The translations under genes were made by a program, and so were the position numbers. Of a stretch of 64,000 bases of DNA, positions 49,501-56,927 are shown in pieces. Under the pieces are notes generated by a model. The model had not been told where the DNA came from. It saw nothing but the letters and a program-made list of their open reading frames with translations, and searched no databases. Numbering within the stretch: the first letter of the stretch is position 1; every line of letters starts with the position of its first letter. Source of the DNA: a virus (taxonomy: Duplodnaviria; Caudoviricetes). The DNA is taken from positions 1,780 to 65,779 of IMG/VR virus record IMGVR_UViG_3300014656_003390, one strand, 5' to 3'.

Positions 49501-50699
49501 TCTGAATATTTAAATAAATTTTCAATTTTAACAATTGGTTTGTAATAAAAATCTTCACGAACAGCAATTTCATGTAGTTTCAATAAATTTTTATAACCAA
49601 TTTCATTTTTAACAAGCACTGTTTGGTGCATTCTTTTTTCACTTTCTGGAATTTGGATATATAGTTCACATCCAATAATTGGTTTAATTCCTCTTTCAAG
49701 TAATGCTTTTTGAAATTCCCAAACACCAGCTAGTGTTCCATGATCTGTTATAGCACATGCTTTAAATCCTTTTTTATATAAACTTTCAGCAATATATTTA
49801 CATGTTCCAAATCCATCACCAATTGAAAACTCTGAATGAACATGAAGAGGAACATAATTTTGCTGGACAATTTGTTCTTCTTGTTTCTCTTTTTCATATA
49901 TTTTAATCAAATCAGAAATTGGTTTATATTGCTCTGCAAAAATTCTTCTTATCTCTGAACTTTCTTTTTCTGAGTCATTTCCAATCATCTGAACAATTCT
50001 TGTATCAGCAACAATTTCTTTTGTTATGTAACCAACATACCAATACTCACCAGCCTTCATCTTACAACAAATGTATAAATCAATTTCAGGATGTTTTTTA
50101 TAATAACTTTCATATATCATCATGTCTTCATCAGACATTATATCTCTTGTATAAATCTTTACTTTTTTATTTCCCAAAAAACATTCATCTTTTTGATTTA
50201 TATCCTTAAAATAAACATCTGTTTGTTTACAAAAATTATGAAGACCAGCCAAAATTCCTGATATCATTTCTTTGTGTCCAAGATTTTCTGCTATCTGTTT
50301 GTTAATTATAAATTTTTCTTTTAGAGCTCTTGTTTCTTTAATTTTAAAAAATTGTAAATTCTGTAAATTGCTATCAACAACCATATAATAAAATTTGTTA
50401 TTTCTATAGATATCTCTTTTTGGAGTTGATAATAATTGCTCTTTTGAACACCATCCTGGTATTCTTGTTCTTGATGCTCCTGTTTTTACAAGAAGAAAAT
50501 TATCATATTTGTTAATAATACTTTCTGAAATTATTATGTCATCTGAATGATCGTAAGGATGATAATCAATAAACCATTTTTGATTATTAAATATAAATTC
50601 TTCTTTGCTTATTTTCTTGGTATTTATTTTGGTAATAAAATTATCAATAACTTGTTCTGTTGATTTTTCAGTCTCTTCAATTTGTTTTATAAATTCCAT
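46554..50699 (-). CDS. dnaE: Family C DNA polymerase (DnaE alpha) with ~280-aa N-terminal extension
   Basis: PHP LHVHSEFS.DG, PGRGSVGASL, PDVDMD, KFDILGL, FNKAHA, C-terminal OB fold. Confidence 0.95.
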   Translation of the reverse strand: MEFIKQIEETEKSTEQVIDNFITKINTKKISKEEFIFNNQKWFIDYHPYDHSDDIIISESIINKYDNFLLVKTGASRTRIPGWCSKEQLLSTPKRDIYRNNKFYYMVVDSNLQNLQFFKIKETRALKEKFIINKQIAENLGHKEMISGILAGLHNFCKQTDVYFKDINQKDECFLGNKKVKIYTRDIMSDEDMMIYESYYKKHPEIDLYICCKMKAGEYWYVGYITKEIVADTRIVQMIGNDSEKESSEIRRIFAEQYKPISDLIKIYEKEKQEEQIVQQNYVPLHVHSEFSIGDGFGTCKYIAESLYKKGFKACAITDHGTLAGVWEFQKALLERGIKPIIGCELYIQIPESEKRMHQTVLVKNEIGYKNLLKLHEIAVREDFYYKPIVKIENLFKYSEGLIILSGCIDSAISNLLKENKEDVAEKYIARYKETWKDDFYGELQLHTCINNQNIMKKSYALYQKYNIKSVITTDAHYSYQSDKKYHEAVKAIGLRKKYGEAGFGDNCFYLMTDEDINQRILTNKENNWFGLIIEKLKNNTYNVLSKINFEIKTANNQETLPRLFSSKEEARIKLKEMCVTGLEKYTPYKYEGVAKEKLDLEMSRFFEKGYENYFLIVEDMIRWAKQQGIMVGPGRGSVGASLAAYALNITECDPIKFNLLFDRFISEIRRDAPDVDMDYQDNRRQEVVQYLINKYGIYNSAKVATYSRFHPKGILRDVGRIFSISISEIEKICNLVLIRSGGDARASFGLLDTFAEFEEAKAFKLKYPSAVDVAIKLEGHIRHKGVHAAALVLTDKPISEYLPLNKIGGEIVTEWEKQLVEDAGLTKFDILGLKTLTVISECMKMVPQKLPSDFEDPEVYKKVFSNGKSLGIFQFETVGLSKLIKELKTDNFSTLYDATTLFRPGALHSGQTMLYVNRHLGKAETNYEHPLLKELTKDTKGIILYQEQIMQIMNRIGGMSWATAEMARKVITKSKGKKAFEEMRAEFVRNANKLHNMPKKDAEKLYDVVSTFGSYSFNKAHAVEYSIISYWCAWLKTYYPFEFYKAILKFENKSEQISNYLNDALDNGVKVEYPNINYSEFSYSAKQKAIYSGFNSINGIGKKTAEKIIKLQPFVNFEDFTKRCNIGASTIKSLVIADCFRDFGINKRACYERDIKEIRNCYTKEIADYSDIEYAELIMENTSLRPKINILKSLNFGDFDFINIENLGESNGGKQGYVRGVVTAIINKDKLIRPMDKKHIHNFEPHMIYLNINDGTGNLAIQISPHTYDKYKELIYSFDKKPVVVYGTFNKVGQKMYGELLQIPDKMHDVDEFKKNLNSGETIIISSTPAVSKNEKSYYRIKLSNGIEGLCFRSLVKLYPGIKVKYRMNKEPFMDIEIIK

Positions 50700-50944
50700 T
50701 ATTCAACTTCAGGAGTATTCTTTCTCCATCCTCCTTCTCCTGCTTTCCATGTCTTATATCTCTCACCATGTAGTTGAACCATAGATATTTTTCGTAGGAT
50801 CTCAAGCAAATCTTCTTCAGAATTGCACCATATTCCTTCGTCTTTGTAATTTACTGCCCAAGCAATTATGTTCTCTCCTTTCTTTTTTCCTTTGATTAAA
50901 GAAGTATGAACTCTTGCTCCAGCACATTCACTTATTTTTTTCAT
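50699..50944 (-). CDS. Hypothetical protein
   Basis: Preceded by TGAAAGGAGG. Confidence 0.6.
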   Translation of the reverse strand: MKKISECAGARVHTSLIKGKKKGENIIAWAVNYKDEGIWCNSEEDLLEILRKISMVQLHGERYKTWKAGEGGWRKNTPEVE

Positions 50945-51233
50945 TTTTATTTTTTCCTCCTTTCAATATAATTAATTCCATTATAGCATATATAGCAAGA
51001 TCCATCCAAGTATCAATTAAAGTTTCGTCTGGAAGATTTTGTTTATTCTCTCCTGAATAATATGTCTGAAGTCGTGCAATTTTTCTTCTTACTGAAAGCC
51101 ATCTTTCAAGTTCAGAGTATTCTCCTTCAAAATAATCATTGCCATAATGCTTATTTTTTGCTGAAAATTGACTTAATAATTCATTGCAGACTACAGCAAA
51201 TTCTTCATTCTTTTCCATAAATTTATCAGTCAT
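50928..51233 (-). CDS. DUF1599/nucleotide-modification-associated all-alpha domain
   Basis: KNKHYG...RKIARL...DTWMDLAIYAIM. Confidence 0.7.
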   Translation of the reverse strand: MTDKFMEKNEEFAVVCNELLSQFSAKNKHYGNDYFEGEYSELERWLSVRRKIARLQTYYSGENKQNLPDETLIDTWMDLAIYAIMELIILKGGKNKNEKNK

Positions 51234-52186
51234 ATTTTTATATCCTTTAATGTTTTAATTCTTACAATATTTTTGTGTTGAATATTTTGATTATAGGTCT
51301 TATCAATTAAGTAGACTTTATAACCTTTATTGGCGATTTTCAAAGCAATCTCAGCACAATCCTCTATCATGAAATTCATATTTGGAAATTTGTTTATAAT
51401 CTTCTCTTCTTTATTTTCATCAAAGATTATTGCATCACATAGAATATTCTTCTTTTTTAACCATTCAATTGTATCAGCAAATACTCTTGAATATTCTTTA
51501 TATGGACGAGCAGATAAAATGATTATTTTATATCCTTTCTCTTTAAGATTTTTTGTAAATTCATCAGGATTATTTATTGTTTTTATAAATCTTTTTTCTC
51601 CACTTTCTCTATACTCTCTTTTTAGCTGTTTTGCTCTTTCTTCACCAAGAACATCTGAAACATTTTTAAAAATATTGTATGTACCATCATCTTTTATTCT
51701 TTTTCCTGTTTTTTTAAATATGAAGTTGTAATAACTTTTTGGATAATCAGCAATGCATCCATCAAGGTCTAGACCAATAATTTTTTTGTCTTTAAGTAAA
51801 TTTAATTGCTTTTCTTGTTTATATCTTTGTTCAACAACTTCAGACTTTCTATTAAATTCAGAAATAAATTCTTTAGGAGACATATTCCAAAATTGAGCAA
51901 TACTTAACCAATATTTAAAAATGTCTATTATTTCATCTTTTAATCTGCTTTCTTTAATTGGATTATATTTATTGTATACTTTTTCTCTGTGCATCTTCCA
52001 ATTAATTTCATTGAGTAATTCTGTTGCTTCTGTTATTAAGTGCAGAATAAATTCTTTTGTTAATGCTTCTTTCTCTTCAATTGTATTTGCTTTATTCTTA
52101 AGAAGTTCATTAAAGTCTTTTTGCCTTTTCCAAATCTTATTTAATTCTTCCATTTTATTGTTTTTATTCCTCCATTTGTTATCCAA
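51230..52186 (-). CDS. Dimeric dUTPase/MazG-like pyrophosphatase fused to HAD 5'(3')-nucleotidase
   Basis: EATELL...WK...DEIID; GLDLDGCIAD; FMIED. Confidence 0.85.
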   Translation of the reverse strand: MDNKWRNKNNKMEELNKIWKRQKDFNELLKNKANTIEEKEALTKEFILHLITEATELLNEINWKMHREKVYNKYNPIKESRLKDEIIDIFKYWLSIAQFWNMSPKEFISEFNRKSEVVEQRYKQEKQLNLLKDKKIIGLDLDGCIADYPKSYYNFIFKKTGKRIKDDGTYNIFKNVSDVLGEERAKQLKREYRESGEKRFIKTINNPDEFTKNLKEKGYKIIILSARPYKEYSRVFADTIEWLKKKNILCDAIIFDENKEEKIINKFPNMNFMIEDCAEIALKIANKGYKVYLIDKTYNQNIQHKNIVRIKTLKDIKI

Positions 52187-52557
52187 TATTTTAAATCTTC
52201 TTTATTATAGTCTTCAAGATATATAATTTTTTTAATTCCTGCTTGAATACATAATTTATAACATATTTCACAAGGCAATAAAGTTGAATATAAAGTTGCT
52301 CCTTCTGCTTCTTTTCCTGCTTGAAGAAGAGCATTCATTTCAGCATGAAGAACTCTTATGCAATGATTGTCTTTCATAAGACAGCCAACATCAGTACAAT
52401 GTTCCATTCCTTTAGGTGCTCCATTGTAGCCAGAAGCAATTATTCTATTATTCTTTGTTATTATTGCACCAACTTGTTTTCTTGGACAAGATGCCTTTTT
52501 GCTTATAAGTTTTACAATTTCAATAAAATATTCATCCCAGCTTATTCTTTTTTGCAT
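52141..52557 (-). CDS. dCMP deaminase
   Basis: SGYNG, HAEMNA, PCEIC. Confidence 0.9.
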   Translation of the reverse strand: MQKRISWDEYFIEIVKLISKKASCPRKQVGAIITKNNRIIASGYNGAPKGMEHCTDVGCLMKDNHCIRVLHAEMNALLQAGKEAEGATLYSTLLPCEICYKLCIQAGIKKIIYLEDYNKEDLKYWITNGGIKTIKWKN

Positions 52558-53434
52558 ATTCAATTGCCTCTTTTATTACTTTTTCAGTTTTATATGCTCT
52601 ATTCCATGTACCATATCTTCCTGAAAATATAATATTTTTTATGCTAGGTATTTTTTTCAAAGTTATTATTTGAACATCTTTTAAAATTTGAGAATTAATA
52701 TAATTCATACCAAATTCTTTTCTACACTCTTTTTCTGTATGCTCTCCAAACCATTCTACAACAAGTCCTTTTTCTGTTTTTGTAATTCTATGGAATTTTT
52801 CATTTAAGCAATAAACAAAATTAAATTCTTTAATATCAAAAAAATTGTTCTGCAATAAAATATAAGTAATATCTTCTGATGCTAATTTTTCTTTTTTGAT
52901 TTCAGGAGAAGTTATTTTATAAAATGTGTTTAATGGTATGGTGTTTATAAGTTTGCTATAACAGAATGTATTGCTCTGATTTTTTAAAAAGAAACACTTA
53001 TATTTTAAATTAATTTTTGCTATCTCTCCTACGATTATTCTATCAAATAATTTTATTTTTAAAGCATGAATTATCTTGTCAAAATCTATATTGAAAACTT
53101 GCATCTCTTTCTTGTCTGAATTCATTAATGTTTTATCAGAAATATTTTTATTTGTTCCTCTACTTTTCTTAAAGTACTTTTTTTTAAAAGAATTATCTGG
53201 ATCAATAAATTGATTATCATAATATCCAACTTTAATTATTTTTTTATCTGTTATAATATTTAAGTCTTTTAATAATTTCTGTGTGTCTTTTGTAACTTCA
53301 AGATATCTAGGACCAAGCTGAAAAGAATAATTGTATTGTCCTCCAATTTCTGTGCTAATAATTTTATATTCTTTGTTATAAAATGCCCAAATAAGTCCTG
53401 CAATTCCACCACCTAAGATATAATTATTTTCCAT
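52532..53434 (-). CDS. FAD-dependent oxidoreductase (Glf/amine-oxidase-like fold)
   Basis: ILGGGIAGL dinucleotide motif; C-terminal GRYGTW. Confidence 0.75.
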   Translation of the reverse strand: MENNYILGGGIAGLIWAFYNKEYKIISTEIGGQYNYSFQLGPRYLEVTKDTQKLLKDLNIITDKKIIKVGYYDNQFIDPDNSFKKKYFKKSRGTNKNISDKTLMNSDKKEMQVFNIDFDKIIHALKIKLFDRIIVGEIAKINLKYKCFFLKNQSNTFCYSKLINTIPLNTFYKITSPEIKKEKLASEDITYILLQNNFFDIKEFNFVYCLNEKFHRITKTEKGLVVEWFGEHTEKECRKEFGMNYINSQILKDVQIITLKKIPSIKNIIFSGRYGTWNRAYKTEKVIKEAIEYAKKNKLG

Positions 53435-53435
53435 T

Positions 53436-53606
53436 TTATTGCTCTTTTATTTGTTTTTCTGTCTGGATTTTTCTTTCATTTAATTTTAGTAGTTTGTTTT
53501 GTACTACTGGACTATCTTTAAAGTTATATTTTAAATCCCATTCACAATTTTTAATTTCACTTTGTATTCTTTTTAATTTTAACTGCATTTCCTCTTTTAT
53601 TTCCAT
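53436..53606 (-). CDS. Small coiled-coil protein (56 aa)
   Basis: MEIKEEMQLKL...KQIKEQ fills the gap. Confidence 0.5.
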   Translation of the reverse strand: MEIKEEMQLKLKRIQSEIKNCEWDLKYNFKDSPVVQNKLLKLNERKIQTEKQIKEQ

Positions 53607-53609
53607 AAA

Positions 53610-54398
53610 TCATTTTAACATCTCCTTTAATTTGTCAATTGTAGGGCTTTCTATAATCTTTCCAATTAAATCTCCATTTTGACGACACTTCTCTATTTTA
53701 GCTTGGAATGTTATTCCTCTTGCTCCAAGGAATTTGATTTCATGATAAAGAACAATATCAACAAAAAATGGAATTTTCTTTTGGACTTCTGGTTTATAAC
53801 GACCAGTTGGTTGTCCTGCTCCAGCATAAATTTCTCCTTCTCGTGCTGTAAAAATGATATTACAATTTTTATTTATAAGTTTTAAAACATTTTTTCGCAT
53901 AAGTGAATTTGGAACACCCCAATCAAATTGTTGTTTGAAACGCTCTTCAATCGGAATTTTGAATACTTTTGTTTTAGCATAAGCTTGACACCAACTCCAG
54001 ATATCTGTCATAGAGTCAACAATTATTGTTCCTATCTGTTCATCTGGAAGTGAAGTTAATTGTCTAACTGCTTCTTGGAAATTTTCAAAATTTCTTACTT
54101 CATCTTTTTCATCTGTATCTTCTCCTGACATATCGCATATATTAATAACATTAGCTTCAGGAAACTTATTAGCAAGTGGTCCTGTTCCATTTTCAGTATC
54201 AATAACATAAATTGGTTCAGTTGAAGTAAGTGCAAAGTGAGTTTTGCCTGTACTAAAATTTCCATAACTGAGAATTTTTATTCCTCTACTTTGTTTTACA
54301 TCTTTTAATTTTTTAAATTCCATTTTTGCTTCTTGCTTTGCCTCTTGTTTTGCTTTTATTTCTTCTGGTTTAATATTTGCTTGTGTATTCCAACTCAT
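53610..54398 (-). CDS. AAA_24/Sak4-like ATPase (probable recombinase)
   Basis: YGNFSTGKT, VIDTE, IVDS, TARE. Confidence 0.75.
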   Translation of the reverse strand: MSWNTQANIKPEEIKAKQEAKQEAKMEFKKLKDVKQSRGIKILSYGNFSTGKTHFALTSTEPIYVIDTENGTGPLANKFPEANVINICDMSGEDTDEKDEVRNFENFQEAVRQLTSLPDEQIGTIIVDSMTDIWSWCQAYAKTKVFKIPIEERFKQQFDWGVPNSLMRKNVLKLINKNCNIIFTAREGEIYAGAGQPTGRYKPEVQKKIPFFVDIVLYHEIKFLGARGITFQAKIEKCRQNGDLIGKIIESPTIDKLKEMLK

Positions 54399-54411
54399 TT
54401 TCTTTTTCTCC

Positions 54412-54477
54412 TTTATTTTGTTTTTCGGCTCATGCCTCATCAGCAACCAGACTTTTACTGGTTGGAAACAAAATAAA
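54412..54477 (-). ncRNA. Type III hammerhead ribozyme
   Basis: 12-bp stem III, UUC cleavage triplet, 7-bp stem I, CUGAUGA, 3-bp stem II, GAAA; all core nucleotides present. Confidence 0.9.
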
Positions 54478-54509
54478 ATAACAATTTTATTAATCTTCTT
54501 TAATCTTCT

Positions 54510-54650
54510 TTAATCTTCTTGGTGTTCTAAACAACATTCGCTCTGTTTACTCTTAACTTCATCTTTTTCAATTGTATCTACACTTTCCAATATTTCATCA
54601 ACCTTAATTTCTATCTTTTCGAAATCTTGTATTGTTGTTTGTTTTTCCAT
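54510..54650 (-). CDS. Small acidic protein (46 aa)
   Basis: MEKQTTIQDF...EHQED; followed by AGAAGATTAA x3. Confidence 0.45.
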   Translation of the reverse strand: MEKQTTIQDFEKIEIKVDEILESVDTIEKDEVKSKQSECCLEHQED

Positions 54651-54651
54651 T

Positions 54652-55722
54652 TTATATATTTTCTTCTGTTATCTCTTCAACTTCAGGAAGTTCAATTTTG
54701 TATTTGGGAATTGCATAAATACCAAAAGTATTTATTGTTACATTACTAAGTTCATCAGTTAAATTTCCCATATCATCTCTCTTTTTTCCTTGAGATGTTC
54801 TTCCTACTACAAGCACTTTACTACCTTCTGCAAAATCTATATTTATTCTTGAAGGTATCCAACAAGTAATACCATTGTTTGCTTCTATATCTTCTAGAGC
54901 AAGTGTTTCGTCTTCTATATTCATAATTCTGCTACCAATACTTGTTGGTTCAAGTCTTAAACTACTAACACTGCCTTCAGTTATGACAAATCTATTGAAG
55001 TTATCTTTAGTTAGTAGATGATACTCTGCTAAATCTTTTATCTCAACAAAAACATTTGTTATTTTTAATAAAGTTTCAAATTCAGGTATTTTTAGTTCAT
55101 TATCAACATTAAATGTTGTAAATGACGATGGATTTAACACATAACTTGATGTATTTTCTTTTGGTGTTTTATCAATAGCCATAAATCTTACTGGCTGAAA
55201 TATTGGTAAGTTTTCATCCTTTGCTTTATCACCTGATAAGTTCATTGTAAAAACTTTTGGTATATCATTAACATTTTTTGAATTAATAGCAATACCTATA
55301 ATATTTCTTAAATAGTTATGCTCTGGTAATGGTTTACCATATGATGAATTTCTTCTTCCCCCAGCCCATTCTTTTCTTGTATCAAGAGGTATTCCTTGTT
55401 CATCAACAATTCCTTGAAGGATGGCTTGTTGTGGATCATTTTTGTATTTTTCTAAAGCATCACGTTTTTGTTTTGCTACTATATCAACACAATCACCCAT
55501 TCCAATTATAAATCCTTCAAACCCTGTTGCTGGACTTCTTAATTGTTTCTTATAAAGAAGTGCTAATCTACTAAGTGCTCTTTGGTTCTTATCTTCTTCT
55601 GATAAATCTTTGTGAATATCATTTTCTTCAGCTAGAAGAATTTGATAATCTTTTTCAATATCTTTTTGAGGCATGGAAAGTTTATCACTCCATTCTTTTA
55701 TAAGCTCGTTAAATTGTTTCAT
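54652..55722 (-). CDS. Probable single-stranded DNA-binding protein (RPA-like OB folds)
   Basis: Next to the recombinase; helical N-terminus, beta-rich OB-like C-domain (ITCWIP...KVLVVGR), acidic tail. Confidence 0.45.
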   Translation of the reverse strand: MKQFNELIKEWSDKLSMPQKDIEKDYQILLAEENDIHKDLSEEDKNQRALSRLALLYKKQLRSPATGFEGFIIGMGDCVDIVAKQKRDALEKYKNDPQQAILQGIVDEQGIPLDTRKEWAGGRRNSSYGKPLPEHNYLRNIIGIAINSKNVNDIPKVFTMNLSGDKAKDENLPIFQPVRFMAIDKTPKENTSSYVLNPSSFTTFNVDNELKIPEFETLLKITNVFVEIKDLAEYHLLTKDNFNRFVITEGSVSSLRLEPTSIGSRIMNIEDETLALEDIEANNGITCWIPSRINIDFAEGSKVLVVGRTSQGKKRDDMGNLTDELSNVTINTFGIYAIPKYKIELPEVEEITEENI

Positions 55723-55807
55723 TTTTTAACCTCCTTTCAACTATATTTTGGAACATAATAAAATGCATCATATCTTTTTTTTCAACCATAGAAGATATAA
55801 AAATCGG

Positions 55808-55882
55808 ATATTTAAATATATTATGATTTTAAATTTAATGGTTTTTATTATCTACAACCAAAATCATAATATATTTAAATAT
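55808..55882. promoter_or_regulatory. Divergent promoter pair forming a perfect 23-bp inverted repeat
   Basis: ATATTTAAATATATTATGATTTT (55808-55830) / AAAATCATAATATATTTAAATAT (55860-55882) at the strand switch. Confidence 0.75.
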
Positions 55883-55967
55883 TATTATATTTTTAACATT
55901 ATTATGTTATCAAAAGAGTGGATAGGTGGTTTTATTTCTGGAGAAGGATGGTTTAATTAGATAAATT

Positions 55968-56264
55968 ATGGCATACAAAATAAAACACAAATGCGATTTA
56001 TGTTCTAATAAAAGCAATAATACAGTTGTATATAAAGGAAAAGAACTTTGTAAAAGTTGTTATCGTAGAACAATGATAAAGTGTTTAAGTTTAAATAGTG
56101 TTCATAAAAGAAAAACAATTGAACAAGCATTAAATAAAATTTATGAAATTCGTGGATATGGAATAAAGAGAAATGGACGAGGATTTATAAGAGCTGTTTG
56201 TAGCTTTCCTGCTATATTAATAGGTCATAAAGTTAAATTAGTTTTGATTGATAATATTAAATAA
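55968..56264 (+). CDS. Zn-finger plus DUF2080-like small DNA-binding domain
   Basis: CDLC...CKSC; C-terminal FPAILIGHKVKLVLI. Confidence 0.5.
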   Translation: MAYKIKHKCDLCSNKSNNTVVYKGKELCKSCYRRTMIKCLSLNSVHKRKTIEQALNKIYEIRGYGIKRNGRGFIRAVCSFPAILIGHKVKLVLIDNIK

Positions 56265-56302
56265 GTTAAATAAGTTAAATAAGTTAAATAAGTTAAATAA
56301 GT
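56258..56302. repeat. 9-bp tandem repeat TAAATAAGT x5
   Basis: Five exact units. Confidence 0.95.
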
Positions 56303-56316
56303 TAAAACATATTAAA

Positions 56317-56646
56317 ATGGGATATATAAAATGGAGATGTACAAAATGTGGAGACATTATTATAAGTAATACTAATAGGCGACATCAAGCAGATTTTTGT
56401 AAATGTGGGCAAGCAATGTGTGATTCTGAAAACGATTATGTTAGGTGGGGTGGTAATGTAGAATATTTAAATAAATTTGATTATAATTTCTTTAATGAAT
56501 TAGTGTATTGTATGGATAAACAAGGATTTATAGCAATAGGAATTAAATGGAATGATGGACATTTTTGGATAACATTACAAGAAAGTATGTTTATAAGAAA
56601 ATTAGAAGACGAGATTTGTAAAAAGTTGAAAGGAGGAGATATATAA
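56317..56646 (+). CDS. Zn-ribbon protein
   Basis: RCTKCGDIIIS...FCKCG. Confidence 0.7.
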   Translation: MGYIKWRCTKCGDIIISNTNRRHQADFCKCGQAMCDSENDYVRWGGNVEYLNKFDYNFFNELVYCMDKQGFIAIGIKWNDGHFWITLQESMFIRKLEDEICKKLKGGDI

Positions 56647-56649
56647 AAA

Positions 56650-56832
56650 TTGGATATGGGAATTGAATTAGGATTTATAGGATTATTAACAATTATTTTA
56701 GTTTTTTTAAAGGCATTTAATATTATTGATTGGTCTTGGATTTGGGTATTGTCGCCATTATGGATTAGTGCATTAATTGGAATGTTAATTGTTATATTGC
56801 TTATTATAATTGGTTATTGTTGGTTGTTATAG
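56650..56832 (+). CDS. Small two-TM membrane protein
   Basis: IDWSWIWVLSPLWI. Confidence 0.7.
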   Translation: MDMGIELGFIGLLTIILVFLKAFNIIDWSWIWVLSPLWISALIGMLIVILLIIIGYCWLL

Positions 56833-56888
56833 TTGAAGTAATTGTTAATAAAAAGTAAAAAGGTTGATAGTAGACTTAATTAATGTTA

Positions 56889-56916
56889 GGTTAAAGGTTA
56901 AAGGTTAAAGGTTAAA
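56889..56916. repeat. 7-bp tandem repeat GGTTAAA x4
   Basis: Four exact units before the helicase ATG. Confidence 0.9.
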
Positions 56917-56927
56917 ATATTAAAAAA

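Noticed and set aside
46554-50699. Intein or intron explaining the long DnaE
   Set aside because: No C/S...HN-C/S/T splice junction or LAGLIDADG motif seen; the extra length is N-terminal
1858-53885. Many short antisense ORFs in the track (e.g. 1858-2091, 4422-4637, 11910-12443, 27458-27655, 48082-48595, 51330-51731)
   Set aside because: They lie opposite well-supported genes, lack SD and motifs, and reflect codon-bias shadows
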